A stretch of 64,000 nucleotides of DNA from an uncultured Acidobacteriota bacterium (GCA_963805975.1 CAWDVR010000002.1:480001-544000); one strand, 5' to 3'; counted from the stretch's first letter, positions 18,400 to 32,336 are shown. Notes: generated from the letters alone by a model not told the origin. Numbers and translations are program-made.

Positions 18400-18673
18400 A
18401 GCTTCGCCTCAGAGCGGGTCGCCCAGCAGCCGCACCAGAGCTCGCCGAGCCCACCGGCCGCTACCCGCCGCAGCCAAGCTCTCACCCGCGGAGGCGGCGG
18501 CGGCGCAAGAGCGCGGCACCCCGGATGCCGGCAAGCCCAAGCAGTAATAGCTGAGGACACCGCGCCGAGCTGACCCTGCCCGACAGCTGAGGAAATCCCC
18601 TGTTTGGGAAGGAATGGGTCTCTCGCCAGCAGACCTTGACCGGCGCCGTGTGGGAGGTCGCGGCCGGGGCGCT

Positions 18674-20014
18674 CTATCGGCGGTCGTCCAACAGGCGCGC
18701 CGACTGTGCGCTCGCCAGGCGGTGCTGGGGGTCCCAGCGCCGCCTGGTCTCTTCGAAGCGAGGGAGGCGGTCGGCCTCCATGGCGCGGAAGTGCTCCGGG
18801 CGGGTGAAGGCGTCCTTCGCCAGATAGACCCGGCCGCCTTCCTCGATCACCCGCTCGTTCAAGGCGTCGATCAGCTCCTGCGTGTCGCCGCGCACCGGCA
18901 GGTCGGCGGCGATCGAGATGCCCGGTCGCGGGAAGGAGAGCAATCCTTCGCCTTGCGCGCCGCAGTCCTTGATCACGCAGAGGAAAGAGGCGCCGCCGCG
19001 GCGGGTGAGCTCGCCGAGCACCCTTCGTGCCGCGCCCGGCCGCTCGCCCTCGGGCAGCACGCACTGGTACTGGGTGAAGCCGCGGGGCCCGTAGATCCGG
19101 TTCCAGTGGAGCACGGCGTCGAGCGGGTAGAAGAAGGTCTCGGGATCGACGATCCGGCGCCGCAGCCGGGTGAGCTGGGAGCGGTAGTAGACCTCGTTGA
19201 AGAGACGGACGGTGGCTCGCGACAGCGCCCAGCCGGGAAACACCACCGGCACGCCGCGCCGCCGGCGTGGCTTCGGGAAGCTCTGCGGCGCCTGCCCCGG
19301 CTCCGCCCAGCGCCCGCGGATCAGAAGGCCACGCCCCAGGGCCCGGCCCTTCGCCAGGCAGTCGATCCATCCCACGGTGTAAGGCCAGTCCACGGCCGAC
19401 CGCCGCAACTCGGCGAGGAAGGCGTCGAGGTCCTTTATGCGCTCGCTCTCGCACCAGAGCCAGGGCGAGGGGACGCGTTGCAGGCGGGCTTCGACCTCCA
19501 GGATGTGGCCGGTGAGGCCCATCCCGCCCAGAGTGGCGCGGAAGAGGTCCGGCTCCTCGCTGCGCGAGCAGGTCACCACCCGGCCGTCGGCACAGAGCAT
19601 CTTGAGAGCGGTGACGTGGTTGCCGAAGGTGCCGTCCTTGTGATGGCTCTTGCCATGGACGTCGGCGGCCACCATGCCACCGAGCGTCACGTACTGGGTG
19701 CCGGGCGAGGAGGGTGGCCAGAAGCCGCGCGGCAGGAAGAGGCGGATGACCTCGGCCAGCGAGAGCCCGGCCTCGGCGCGCAGCAACCCGGTTTGGGCAT
19801 CGAAGGAGAGGACGCGGTCCGCGAGCGTCGAGCCGGCGACGTCGAGCGCACCCGGCGGCGGCAGCGAGGAATCGCCATACGAGCGGCCGAGCCCGCGGGT
19901 CAGGGGGAGGCCGCGAGCGATGCGCTCGAGATCCTCGGAGCGGATCTCGCGGCCCGGCACCGGCAAGCGGCCCCAGCCGGAGAGCGTGGGCTCGCTCGGG
20001 AGCGGGCTCGTCAC
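18674..20014 (-). CDS. FAD-binding oxidoreductase, DprE1-like
   Basis: LSGWGR, RGLGRSYGD, PGTQYVTLGGMVAADVHGKSHH, FFYPLD, WNRIYG..GFTQYQ, GRVYLAKD. GTG start overlaps the mqnA stop. Confidence 0.88.
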   Translation of the reverse strand: MTSPLPSEPTLSGWGRLPVPGREIRSEDLERIARGLPLTRGLGRSYGDSSLPPPGALDVAGSTLADRVLSFDAQTGLLRAEAGLSLAEVIRLFLPRGFWPPSSPGTQYVTLGGMVAADVHGKSHHKDGTFGNHVTALKMLCADGRVVTCSRSEEPDLFRATLGGMGLTGHILEVEARLQRVPSPWLWCESERIKDLDAFLAELRRSAVDWPYTVGWIDCLAKGRALGRGLLIRGRWAEPGQAPQSFPKPRRRRGVPVVFPGWALSRATVRLFNEVYYRSQLTRLRRRIVDPETFFYPLDAVLHWNRIYGPRGFTQYQCVLPEGERPGAARRVLGELTRRGGASFLCVIKDCGAQGEGLLSFPRPGISIAADLPVRGDTQELIDALNERVIEEGGRVYLAKDAFTRPEHFRAMEADRLPRFEETRRRWDPQHRLASAQSARLLDDRR

Positions 20015-20808
20015 GCCGCCCACAGCTCGAGCTCCCGCGGCGTCTCGATCAGGCCGTGGAGGTGAGCGCGGCGGTAGTACTCCTTGAGCGAGGCGATCTC
20101 CTCGTCGCGCAGGAAGTAGTGCAGGTTCTGCGTCAGGTAGGTCTCGACCTCGGCCGGCGGCAGCCCCAGCTCGGCGGCCGACTCGGCGACCAGCTCGGAC
20201 ATGGACGAGAGCCCGTAGAGCAGGCTGCTCTTCAGGTAGTGGGTCAGGCCGGGCAGGTCGACGTGCGGGCGCACCGCCCAGACGGCGAAGACGGCGGGCC
20301 GGCCGGTCAGAGCCCGCCACTCGGCCGCGAGGTCCAGGATCTGGTAGCGCTCGCGATCCACGGTCAGGGCCGGGTCGCCGATCACCAGCGCGGCATCGGC
20401 GTCCGCGAGCATCGCCTCGAGGTCCGGCTTCGCCGCCACGTACTCGGGCGCCAGGCCGTAGCGGTCGGCGAGCAGGATCTTCACCAGCCCCGCCGAGGTG
20501 CGGCTGTTGACGTCGAGCGCCACGCGGCGCACCTCCTGAACCGGCCGGCCGAGGACGAGGAGGACGCTCCGCACCTCGCGCTCCGCGGCCACGCAGAGGT
20601 CGGGCACCACTTCGAGGCCGGGGATTCGCTGCACCTCGATGGCCGGGATCAGACCGACGTCGAGAGTGCCCGCGGCCAGCATGTCCGCCACCTCGGCCGG
20701 CGGGCGGTAGCTCGCCTCGAAGAGGTCGGCGTGGCGGCCCTTCAAGAAGCCCCACGCCAGCGGCTTGCTGTTGAGGAAGTTGACGATCCCGACCCGAAGT
20801 CGACTCAC
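20011..20808 (-). CDS. mqnA: Chorismate dehydratase (futalosine pathway)
   Basis: VNFLNSKPL, VRSVLL, SRTSAGL, AALVIGDPAL, DLAAEW..LTG.P.VFAVW. Confidence 0.9.
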   Translation of the reverse strand: MSRLRVGIVNFLNSKPLAWGFLKGRHADLFEASYRPPAEVADMLAAGTLDVGLIPAIEVQRIPGLEVVPDLCVAAEREVRSVLLVLGRPVQEVRRVALDVNSRTSAGLVKILLADRYGLAPEYVAAKPDLEAMLADADAALVIGDPALTVDRERYQILDLAAEWRALTGRPAVFAVWAVRPHVDLPGLTHYLKSSLLYGLSSMSELVAESAAELGLPPAEVETYLTQNLHYFLRDEEIASLKEYYRRAHLHGLIETPRELELWAA

Positions 20809-20857
20809 GCTTGGCTCACCCCGGACTAGGCTCTGAGTGTAATCGCCATCGCTCGCC

Positions 20858-20930
20858 GGCGTCGCGGGTCTCCTGCGAGGAGCGCAGCGAGCTCCGGCGT
20901 CGAGCACCGCAGCAGGAGACTCGCGACGCC
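20858..20930. repeat. 19-bp inverted repeat between rho and mqnA
   Basis: ggcgtcgcgggtctcctgc ... gcaggagactcgcgacgcc, one mismatch. Confidence 0.7.
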
Positions 20931-20940
20931 TCCGCTCTCC

Positions 20941-22230
<1,290 letters not shown>

Positions 22231-22261
22231 GTCATTCCTCTAAAAGTGCGATCAGCGCGCG

Positions 22262-22400
22262 TCCGCCGATAGATGTGGGTCGAGCGCCCGCCGCAGCGAT
22301 CACTGCCCGCCCGGCGCGAGATGCTCGTCGAGCGCGCGCCCCTCCGATTCCTACGCACTCGGCGCGAGATGCTTGTCGAGCGCGTGCCAGAGCGGTTTGA
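22262..22400. repeat. Three degenerate 48-bp tandem units spanning the engB 3' end and rho leader
   Basis: agatgNNNgtcgagcgc cores begin at 22271, 22319 and 22367. Confidence 0.8.
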
Positions 22401-22962
22401 TGCCCTCCGCCGTGTGCGTCGAAACCGCCACGGCCCCCTCTTCCCCTTCACCAAGGCCGAGCGTGCGCCGGATGTCGGCCAGCGCACGCAGTCTTTCGTT
22501 GCTCTTCAGCCGGTCCACCTTGGTCGCCACCACCCACGTCTCGAGCCCGAAGTCCCGCAGGTACTGGTGCCCCTCCTCGTCGAGCCGCGTGGCGCCCACC
22601 TTCGAGTCCACCAACTGCACGACCAGGACCCGGTCTCGGTGCTCCGGCCGGGCGGCGCCGCAGAAATAGGCGTCGATCAGCTCCGCCCAGCCCTGCCGCT
22701 CCTGCTTCCCCGCCTTGGCGTAGCCGTAGCCCGGCAGGTCGACGAAGTAGAAGCGGCCGTTGACCAGGAAGTAGTTCACCGATCGTGTGCGCCCCGGCGT
22801 GGAGCTCGTCCTGGCCAGGCCCCGTCGCCCCGTGAGCGCGTTCAACAGGCTCGATTTCCCGACGTTGGAACGGCCGATGAAGGCAATCTGCGGCCGGCCG
22901 TCGACGATCAGGTCTTCTTTTCGGTAGGCCGCGCGGGCAAGCTCCGCGGAGTCGATCTTCAA
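22351..22962 (-). CDS. engB: Ribosome biogenesis GTPase YihA/YsxC
   Basis: GRSNVGKSSL, TPGRT, DLPGYGYAK, TKVD. TTG start. Confidence 0.93.
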   Translation of the reverse strand: MKIDSAELARAAYRKEDLIVDGRPQIAFIGRSNVGKSSLLNALTGRRGLARTSSTPGRTRSVNYFLVNGRFYFVDLPGYGYAKAGKQERQGWAELIDAYFCGAARPEHRDRVLVVQLVDSKVGATRLDEEGHQYLRDFGLETWVVATKVDRLKSNERLRALADIRRTLGLGEGEEGAVAVSTHTAEGIKPLWHALDKHLAPSA

Positions 22963-22998
22963 AGGTTCGGGAACCCGGTATACCGCCGGGGTCGGATG

Positions 22999-25413
22999 CT
23001 AGTGGGCCAGAGAGTCGGTGCCTATGGGCGGCTTGGCAGCTTCGTCGAACTCGCCCTTCACCTTCGCCAGGGGGCTGAGCTCGCCATCGAGGGCGATCCG
23101 CAGCACTTCGTCCATCGATTCGATGAGGTGGATTTCGAGCCGCTCGGAAACCTCGGCAGGGATGTCCTCGAGGTCTTTCTCGTTTTCTTTGGGCAGGACG
23201 ACTTCCGTGATTCCCGCCCGGAACGCAGCCAGGACTTTATCCTTAATCCCGCCCACGGGCAATACCTTGCCGCGCAACGTGATCTCGCCGGTCATCGCCA
23301 CGTCCTTCCTGACCGGGATGCGGGTCAGGGCTGAAACCAATGCAGTCGCCATGGTGATGCCGGCCGAGGGTCCGTCCTTCGGGATGGCGCCCTCGGGCAC
23401 GTGGATGTGGAGGTCCATCGCGTCGTTGAACTCCGGGTCGATGCCCAGGAGCGGGGCACGGCTGCGCAGGTAGGAGACTGCGGCGCGCGCCGACTCCTGC
23501 ATCACGTCGCCCAGCTTGCCGGTCAGGATCAGCTTGCCCTTGCCCTTCATCGGGCTGACCTCGGTCTCGAGAAGCTCGCCGCCGACCTGGGTCCAGGCCA
23601 TTCCCGATGCGACGCCGATCTCCGAGGTCTCGTTCTTCATCCGCGAGCGGAACCGGATCTTGCCCAGGAGCTCCCCTACCGTGTCCGAGCTCACCGCGAG
23701 CTCGAGCTTCTTGCCTTGCACCACCGTCTTGCGGGCGATCTTGCGGCAGATCGAGCCGATCTCCCGTTCGAGGTTCCTCACTCCGGCCTCGCGGGTATAG
23801 CCGTCGATCAGCTTGCTCAGGGCGTCGTCGCCGAACTGCACGTCGACCGGCTTCAGACCGTGGGCCTCGAGCTGCTTGGGCACCAGGAACTGCCGGGCGA
23901 TGGCGAGCTTCTCGTTGGGCGTGTAGCCGGAGAGCTCGATCACCTCCATGCGGTCCTTGAGCGGCGGCGGGACGGTGTGCACCACGTTGGCGGTGGCGAT
24001 GAACATCACCTTCGACAGGTCGTAGTCCACGTCCAGGTAGTGATCGACGAAGGTGCTGTTCTGCTCCGGGTCGAGCACCTCGAGCAGGGCCGCTGCCGGG
24101 TCGCCCCGGAAGTCCATGGCCATCTTGTCGACCTCGTCGAGCAGGAACACCGGGTTCACCGTGCCCGCCTTCTTCATCATCTGGACGATCTGGCCGGGAA
24201 AGGCGCCGATGTAGGTGCGCCGGTGGCCACGGATCTCGGCCTCGTCGCGCACGCCGCCCAGCGAGAGGCGGACGAACTTGCGGTTGGTGGCGCGGGCGAT
24301 CGACTTGGCGAGCGAGGACTTGCCCACGCCCGGCGGGCCCACGAAGCAGATGATCGAGCTCTTGCTCTGGCCGACGAGCTGGCGCACGGCCAGGAACTCG
24401 AGGATGCGCTCCTTGATGCGCTCGAGGCCGTAGTGGTCGCTGTTCAGGATCTCTTCGGCGCGCTTGAGGTCTTTGCGCTCCTTGCTCGACTTACGCCACG
24501 GCACCGAGACCAGCCAGTCGATGTAGTTGCGGGACACCGTGGCCTCGGCCGAGACCGGGGGCATGGCTTCCAGGCGCTTGAGCTCCTGCTCGGCCTTCTC
24601 CTTGGCTTCCTTGGGCAGGCCGGCCTTCTCGATCTTCTGCCGCAGCTCGGCGACCTCGTCGCTGCGGTCGTCGCTTCTCCCCAGCTCCTGATGGATGGCC
24701 TTGATCTTCTCGTTGAGGTAGTACTCCTTCTGGGCCTTCTCCATCTGCTTCTTGACCTTGACGTTGACGCGCTTGTCGATGTTGACCTTCTCGATCTCGA
24801 TCTCGAGCAGGTCGTGCAGGCGCTGCAGGCGCTCGTACGGGTTCACCAGGTCGAGCAGCGACTGCTTCTCCGCCGTGGTCACCATCAGGTGTGCGGAGAG
24901 GATGTCGGTGAAGCGATCGGCGTCGTCGACCTTGACCGTCGACATCAGGCCTTCGAAGGCCAGGTGGTGCGACATCTTCGCGTACTGCTCGAAGACCTGC
25001 AGCACCTTGGACATGTAGGACTGGAGCTTCTCGTTGAGGGGATAGCGGACCTCGAAGGTCTCGACCTCGACCGACAGCACGCCCTCGCTGTCCAGCACGT
25101 CGAGCACCCGGCCGCGCTGCACGCCCTCGACCATCACCTTGACGTTGCCGTTGGGCAGCTTCAGGTTCTGGATGATCGCCGCCACCACGCCGATGTCGTA
25201 GATGTCGTTGCGCAACGGCTCGTCGACCCGCGGGTCCTTCTGCGCCACCAGGAAAATGCGCTTCTGGGAGGTGTTGAGCGTGGCCTCGAGGGAGCGTACC
25301 GAGCTCTCTCTGCCAACGATGAACGGCGCCATCATGTGCGGGAAGACAACCATGTCCCGGAGCGGGACGAGGGGCAGAGTTTCGCGCTGGGTCTTGACGA
25401 AGGTCGAGTTCAT
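22999..25413 (-). CDS. lon: Lon ATP-dependent protease
   Basis: [41 protein letters not shown]. Confidence 0.98.
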   Translation of the reverse strand: MNSTFVKTQRETLPLVPLRDMVVFPHMMAPFIVGRESSVRSLEATLNTSQKRIFLVAQKDPRVDEPLRNDIYDIGVVAAIIQNLKLPNGNVKVMVEGVQRGRVLDVLDSEGVLSVEVETFEVRYPLNEKLQSYMSKVLQVFEQYAKMSHHLAFEGLMSTVKVDDADRFTDILSAHLMVTTAEKQSLLDLVNPYERLQRLHDLLEIEIEKVNIDKRVNVKVKKQMEKAQKEYYLNEKIKAIHQELGRSDDRSDEVAELRQKIEKAGLPKEAKEKAEQELKRLEAMPPVSAEATVSRNYIDWLVSVPWRKSSKERKDLKRAEEILNSDHYGLERIKERILEFLAVRQLVGQSKSSIICFVGPPGVGKSSLAKSIARATNRKFVRLSLGGVRDEAEIRGHRRTYIGAFPGQIVQMMKKAGTVNPVFLLDEVDKMAMDFRGDPAAALLEVLDPEQNSTFVDHYLDVDYDLSKVMFIATANVVHTVPPPLKDRMEVIELSGYTPNEKLAIARQFLVPKQLEAHGLKPVDVQFGDDALSKLIDGYTREAGVRNLEREIGSICRKIARKTVVQGKKLELAVSSDTVGELLGKIRFRSRMKNETSEIGVASGMAWTQVGGELLETEVSPMKGKGKLILTGKLGDVMQESARAAVSYLRSRAPLLGIDPEFNDAMDLHIHVPEGAIPKDGPSAGITMATALVSALTRIPVRKDVAMTGEITLRGKVLPVGGIKDKVLAAFRAGITEVVLPKENEKDLEDIPAEVSERLEIHLIESMDEVLRIALDGELSPLAKVKGEFDEAAKPPIGTDSLAH
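23234..23262 (-). promoter_or_regulatory. Candidate sigma70 promoter inside the lon 3' end, for engB-rho
   Basis: TTGCCC-17 bp-TAAAGT within a locally AT-enriched stretch. Confidence 0.4.
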
Positions 25414-25447
25414 AGTCGGGTTTCTGTCGAGTTTCTGGGAGTGCGGC

Positions 25448-26686
<1,239 letters not shown>

Positions 26687-26791
26687 CTTCCCTCCGACGT
26701 CGTCAACTAGAACAGACCACCGTCCTTTGGCTATTCCGCCCGCCCGCCCTGCCAGCTCTCGCGGCCGTCCAGGTTCTGAAATCGTCTGTCG

Positions 26792-27379
26792 TCAAGGGCT
26801 CCGGCGCCGCATCACGCGGTCCGCGAGCCCGTAGGCCACTGCTTCGTCAGCACCGAAGATCTTATCGCGCTCGGTGTCGCGGTGGACTTCTTCCTTGGTG
26901 CGCCCGGTGTGCTCGACCAGGATCTCCTCGATCCGCTCGCGCATCTTGAGCAGCTCCTCGGCGTGGATCTGGATGTCCGTCTGCTGGCCCTGGAGGCCGA
27001 ACATCAGCGGCTGATGGATCAAGACTCGGCTGTTGGGCAGCAGCGTGCGCTTGCCGCGCGCGCCGGAGGTCAGCAGCACGGCCGCCATCGAGGCGGCCTG
27101 CCCCACGCAGTAGGTGGCCACGTCCGGCTTGATGTACTGCATGGTGTCGTAGATCGCCATGCCGGCCGAGATCGAGCCGCCCGGCGAGTTGATGTAGATC
27201 GAGATGTCCTTCTCCGGGTTCTCGGCTTCGAGGAACAGCATCTGGGCGATGACCAGGCTCGCCACATCGTCGTCGATGGGACGGCCCAGGAACACGATGT
27301 TGTCTTTGAGCAGCCGGGAGAAGATGTCCATCCCCCGCTCGCCGCGGTTGGTCTGCTCGATGACGTACGGTAGATACAT
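26792..27379 (-). CDS. clpP: ATP-dependent Clp protease proteolytic subunit
   Basis: DIFSRLL, YINSPGG, QAASM, IHQP. Confidence 0.97.
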   Translation of the reverse strand: MYLPYVIEQTNRGERGMDIFSRLLKDNIVFLGRPIDDDVASLVIAQMLFLEAENPEKDISIYINSPGGSISAGMAIYDTMQYIKPDVATYCVGQAASMAAVLLTSGARGKRTLLPNSRVLIHQPLMFGLQGQQTDIQIHAEELLKMRERIEEILVEHTGRTKEEVHRDTERDKIFGADEAVAYGLADRVMRRRSP

Positions 27380-27430
27380 GGCGGGGGGTCTCGTCTCCAG
27401 GTGCGTTGACAGCCGCTCTAACCTCGCGGC

Positions 27431-28789
27431 CTAGCCTGCCGATTCCCCGGCCGCGCTCTCGACAGCCGCGCCACCGAGCAGCGGCGCGTCCGACTCTCCC
27501 AGAAGGGAGCGGATCGTCCGCTCCCGGCGCAGTTGGGCTCGCAGCGGGCCGAGCTTACCAGCTTCGTCGAGCTCGCGTCGCACGACCGGCGCCGAGCGGC
27601 CTTGCATGCGGGCGAGCGCCGCGAGCGTCGCTTCGAGCTCGTCCTCGCCGACCCGGATCGCCTTCGCTTCGGCGACCGCGTCGAGCAGCAGCCGACTGTG
27701 CACCCGCCGCGTCGCCTGCGGCCGCGCCTCCTCGGCGAGCTGGCTCCAGTCGATGGCGGCGCGCTCGACGTCGACACCCTGGCGCGCCAGCTCCTCGGCG
27801 TATTCGGAAAGGAGCAGCTTGATCTCGTTCTCCAGCACCCATTCCGGCAAAGGGATGGGGTGGCGCTCGACGAGCTGGTCGAGGAGGGCACGCTCGCGCC
27901 GGCGCCGGCTGTCCGCCACCTTGGCGCTGCGCAGGCGGCTTTCGATCTCGGCGGTCAGCTTCCCCACCTCGTCGAAGCCCACCGCCTTGGCGAGCTCGTC
28001 GTCCAGCGCCGGCAGCTCCGGCTCCTGCACCGTATCGAGGCGGAAGCGGTAGCGGTGCTCGTGATGTGCGGCTTGGTGGGCGCCTTCGCCGTGCTCGCCA
28101 GCCGCGTCAGCCTCGCCGTGAACGGCTCCCGGATGGGTGCGCGTGAGCTCGACCTCACGGCCGGCGGCGACGCCGGTGACGGCGAGGGACAGCTCCTCCC
28201 ACACCTGAGAGTGCCCTACCTCGAAGCGGGCGGGACGGGGCTCGCTGCCGTTCAGCTCGCCGTCGGCCGAGATCTCGGTGAGCTGGCCCTCGACGAAGTC
28301 TCCCCGCGAAGCGGGCCGGTCGACGGGCACCAGCTTGGCCTGGGCTCGGCGCAGGTCGTCGATCGCCTTGGCCACTTCCTCGCGGCTGGGCTCGCCCTCG
28401 ACAGGAGGCAGCGCAAAGTCCGCGACGTTGCGCAGCTCGATCTCCGGGCGCACCTCGACGGTGGCGACGAAGGTGAGGCCGGAATCGGCGCCGTGCTCGA
28501 CCTGGCCCACCCGCGGCGGCAGCAATGGGTCGAGGCCGGCCTCGGCCTCGGCCTGTCGCCAGTAGCGGGGCACCAGGCGCTCCAGGAGCTCGTGCTCGAG
28601 GTCTTCTCGATACCGCTGCTGCACCAGGTGCTGAGGCACCTTGCCACGGCGGAAGCCGGGGAGCTGCACGCGCTTGGCGATCTCGCCGAGCACCCGCTGG
28701 CTCTCGGCCTCGACCGCCGGCGCCGGCACTTCGATCTTCACCTCGCGCCGGCAGGGACCGACCTCCACGTTCGAGACGATCACGCTCAT
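27431..28789 (-). CDS. tig: Trigger factor
   Basis: LPGFRRGKVP signature. Position in the tig-clpP-clpX-lon operon. Confidence 0.93.
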   Translation of the reverse strand: MSVIVSNVEVGPCRREVKIEVPAPAVEAESQRVLGEIAKRVQLPGFRRGKVPQHLVQQRYREDLEHELLERLVPRYWRQAEAEAGLDPLLPPRVGQVEHGADSGLTFVATVEVRPEIELRNVADFALPPVEGEPSREEVAKAIDDLRRAQAKLVPVDRPASRGDFVEGQLTEISADGELNGSEPRPARFEVGHSQVWEELSLAVTGVAAGREVELTRTHPGAVHGEADAAGEHGEGAHQAAHHEHRYRFRLDTVQEPELPALDDELAKAVGFDEVGKLTAEIESRLRSAKVADSRRRRERALLDQLVERHPIPLPEWVLENEIKLLLSEYAEELARQGVDVERAAIDWSQLAEEARPQATRRVHSRLLLDAVAEAKAIRVGEDELEATLAALARMQGRSAPVVRRELDEAGKLGPLRAQLRRERTIRSLLGESDAPLLGGAAVESAAGESAG

Positions 28790-28835
28790 AGGAATTGGCT
28801 GTCTTTCTCTTATCTGTCTTCTTGGGGCTGGCCAG

Positions 28836-28920
28836 TGGTGCGAAAGGGGGGACTCGAACCCCCAACCCGTGAGGGACTAGATCCTAAGTCTAGCGCGTCT
28901 ACCAGTTCCGCCACTTTCGC
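28836..28920 (-). tRNA. tRNA-Leu (anticodon TAG)
   Basis: GCGAAAGTGGCGGAACTGGTAGACGCGCTAGACTTAGGATCTAG...GTTCGAGTC...TTTCGCACCA, with long variable arm. Confidence 0.97.
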
Positions 28921-28972
28921 ATCGGGAGGAAGCCGAGGAGCCGAACGCGACAGGAGACTGCAAAAGGAGAGT

Positions 28973-29048
28973 TGGTGAGCCGCGAAGGAATCGAACCTTC
29001 AACCCGCAGATTAAGAGTCTGCTGCTCTGCCAATTGAGCTAGCGGCCC
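28973..29048 (-). tRNA. tRNA-Lys (anticodon CTT)
   Basis: GGGCCGCTAGCTCAATTGGCAGAGCAGCAGACTCTTAATCTGC...GTTCGATTC...GGCTCACCA, 76 nt. Confidence 0.97.
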
Positions 29049-29059
29049 AGAGCCTGCGA

Positions 29060-29088
29060 AATATACCGGACGGGCGCGGGCTTGACAA
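29060..29088 (-). promoter_or_regulatory. sigma70 promoter of the tRNA-tig operon
   Basis: TTGTCA-17 bp-TATATT, 11 bp upstream of tRNA-Lys. Confidence 0.8.
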
Positions 29089-29098
29089 GGCCCACAAG

Positions 29099-29235
29099 CC
29101 CCTCACCCCAACCCTCTCCCCGCTAACGCGGGGCGAGGGCGCCGGAAGGGAGACAGTCGCGGCAGCGCCGCGGGGCGAGGGCGCCACCCTCCGGTTCCCT
29201 CTCCCCGCTCGCGGGGAGAGGGCTAGGGTGAGGGG
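29099..29235. repeat. REP-like palindromic element, inverted pair
   Basis: CCCCTCACCCCAACCCTCTCCCCGC..GCGGGGCGAGGG and inverted CCCTCTCCCCGC..GCGGGGAGAGGGCTAGGGTGAGGGG. Confidence 0.8.
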
Positions 29236-29246
29236 TTCCGACAGGC

Positions 29247-30599
29247 TTACGGCACAACCTGCGACCAGGCCGAGAGATTCCCGCTCTCGAAACCATCGTC
29301 GAAGATCGGGATGCCCCCCACCGGGATGTCCGTCCCCTGCACCACGCCGAGCGGCGAGTAGCCGGCGTAGCCGGGGAAGATGGCCGGGATCTGGCTGTTG
29401 CCCAGACGGCGGATCAGGATCTCGGTGAGCACGCGGCGGAAATCGGTGGTCACCGCCACGTCGTCCCCCTCGTAGAGAGCGCCAGGCGCCAGGCCCGGCC
29501 ACTGGCCGTGCAGGCCGCCGATGGCGTTGCCGGAGAGCACCAGCATCTGGTTGGCGTGGCCGTGGTCGGTGCCGTCGTCGCCGTTCTGGTAGGCGCGGCG
29601 GCCGAACTCGCTCATCACCACGATGGTCATGCGGTTGGTGTAGTTGGTGGGGCCGGAGAGATCGGTGTAGAGGGCGGAGAGGCCCTGCGCCAGCTCGCCG
29701 ACCAGGCCGGCGTAGTAGCCGCCGGCGCCGTTGCCCTGGTTCTCGTGCGTGTCCCAGCCGCCGAGATCGACCGTCGCCACCCGCAGGCCCAGCTCCAGCT
29801 TCACCATCTGGGCGACGAGCTGCAGGTTGCCGCCGAAGAAGCTCTCCGGGTAGACCGCTCCGTTGCCGGGCGTGTAGCCCGCGCCGGCGTTGAGCTCGAT
29901 GATGTCGAGAGCGTTCAAGGTCTGGAGCCCGGTCTGGTGCAGCCAGGTGTCGTTGCCCGAGTAGAGGTGCCGCAGGGCCACCCGCTGGGCGTCGAGCCAG
30001 CGCCAGGGACCGATGTTGAGCGAGAAGGTGCTGACGTCCTGGAGGTTGATGGTCTCGTAGCTCCCCAGGAGCGAGGTGGTCTGGGTGGCGCCCACGGCGA
30101 GCGAGGGCATGACGATCTGGGCGGGCAGGTTGGGCGCGGTGAGCAGGTGGCGGGTGAGCCAACCGCTGGTCGCGCTCGAGATTCCCGGGGTGCCGAGCTC
30201 CATCCAGTCCATGGAGTCGAAGTGGCTGCGCTGGTTCTCGTGCATGCCCACGGCTTGGACGATGGCGAGCTTGCCGTCCTGGTAGAGCTCGTGGAGGGGG
30301 GCCGCCGCCGGGTGCAGCCCGAAGCCCGTGCCGCCCAGGGGGAGCGCCGCCCCGGGCCCGGAGACCGGCACCTTGAGGGCCGGGCGCAGGGCCTCGTAGA
30401 AGCCGCGGTCGGCGCCACCGATCGGCGGCACGAGGTTCAGGCCGTCCATGCCGCCGCGCAGGAAGAGGACCACCAGGATGTCCTCGTTCGTGGTGCCCGA
30501 GGTCGAGCCGAAGGCCAGGGAGTTGAAGCGCGAGCCGGCGAGGCCGGCGATCGCGGCCGAGCAGCCGACGAGGAAGCTCCTGCGGGAGGATTCGCACAT
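29247..30599 (-). CDS. DUF1501 family protein, Tat-exported, with C-terminal IFDDGFESG motif
   Basis: SRRSFL signal, FLRGGMDGLN, RSHFD, GGWDTH, SEFGR, GTDHG. Confidence 0.9.
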   Translation of the reverse strand: MCESSRRSFLVGCSAAIAGLAGSRFNSLAFGSTSGTTNEDILVVLFLRGGMDGLNLVPPIGGADRGFYEALRPALKVPVSGPGAALPLGGTGFGLHPAAAPLHELYQDGKLAIVQAVGMHENQRSHFDSMDWMELGTPGISSATSGWLTRHLLTAPNLPAQIVMPSLAVGATQTTSLLGSYETINLQDVSTFSLNIGPWRWLDAQRVALRHLYSGNDTWLHQTGLQTLNALDIIELNAGAGYTPGNGAVYPESFFGGNLQLVAQMVKLELGLRVATVDLGGWDTHENQGNGAGGYYAGLVGELAQGLSALYTDLSGPTNYTNRMTIVVMSEFGRRAYQNGDDGTDHGHANQMLVLSGNAIGGLHGQWPGLAPGALYEGDDVAVTTDFRRVLTEILIRRLGNSQIPAIFPGYAGYSPLGVVQGTDIPVGGIPIFDDGFESGNLSAWSQVVP

Positions 30600-30623
30600 G
30601 ACGGTATTTCCCCTTCGGTGGCT

Positions 30624-32336
<1,713 letters not shown>

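Noticed and set aside
12800-18674. CHAT cassette as an autonomous mobile element
   Set aside because: No transposase or integrase, and no terminal or target-site repeats found by eye; insertion is inferred only from gene order
22262-22400. Possible mini CRISPR array
   Set aside because: Only three degenerate units, spacers are related to each other, the repeat derives from engB coding sequence, and no cas genes are present
28836-29247. tRNA-anchored genomic island
   Set aside because: No integrase and no duplicated tRNA 3' end seen; flanks are the normal tig operon and its promoter
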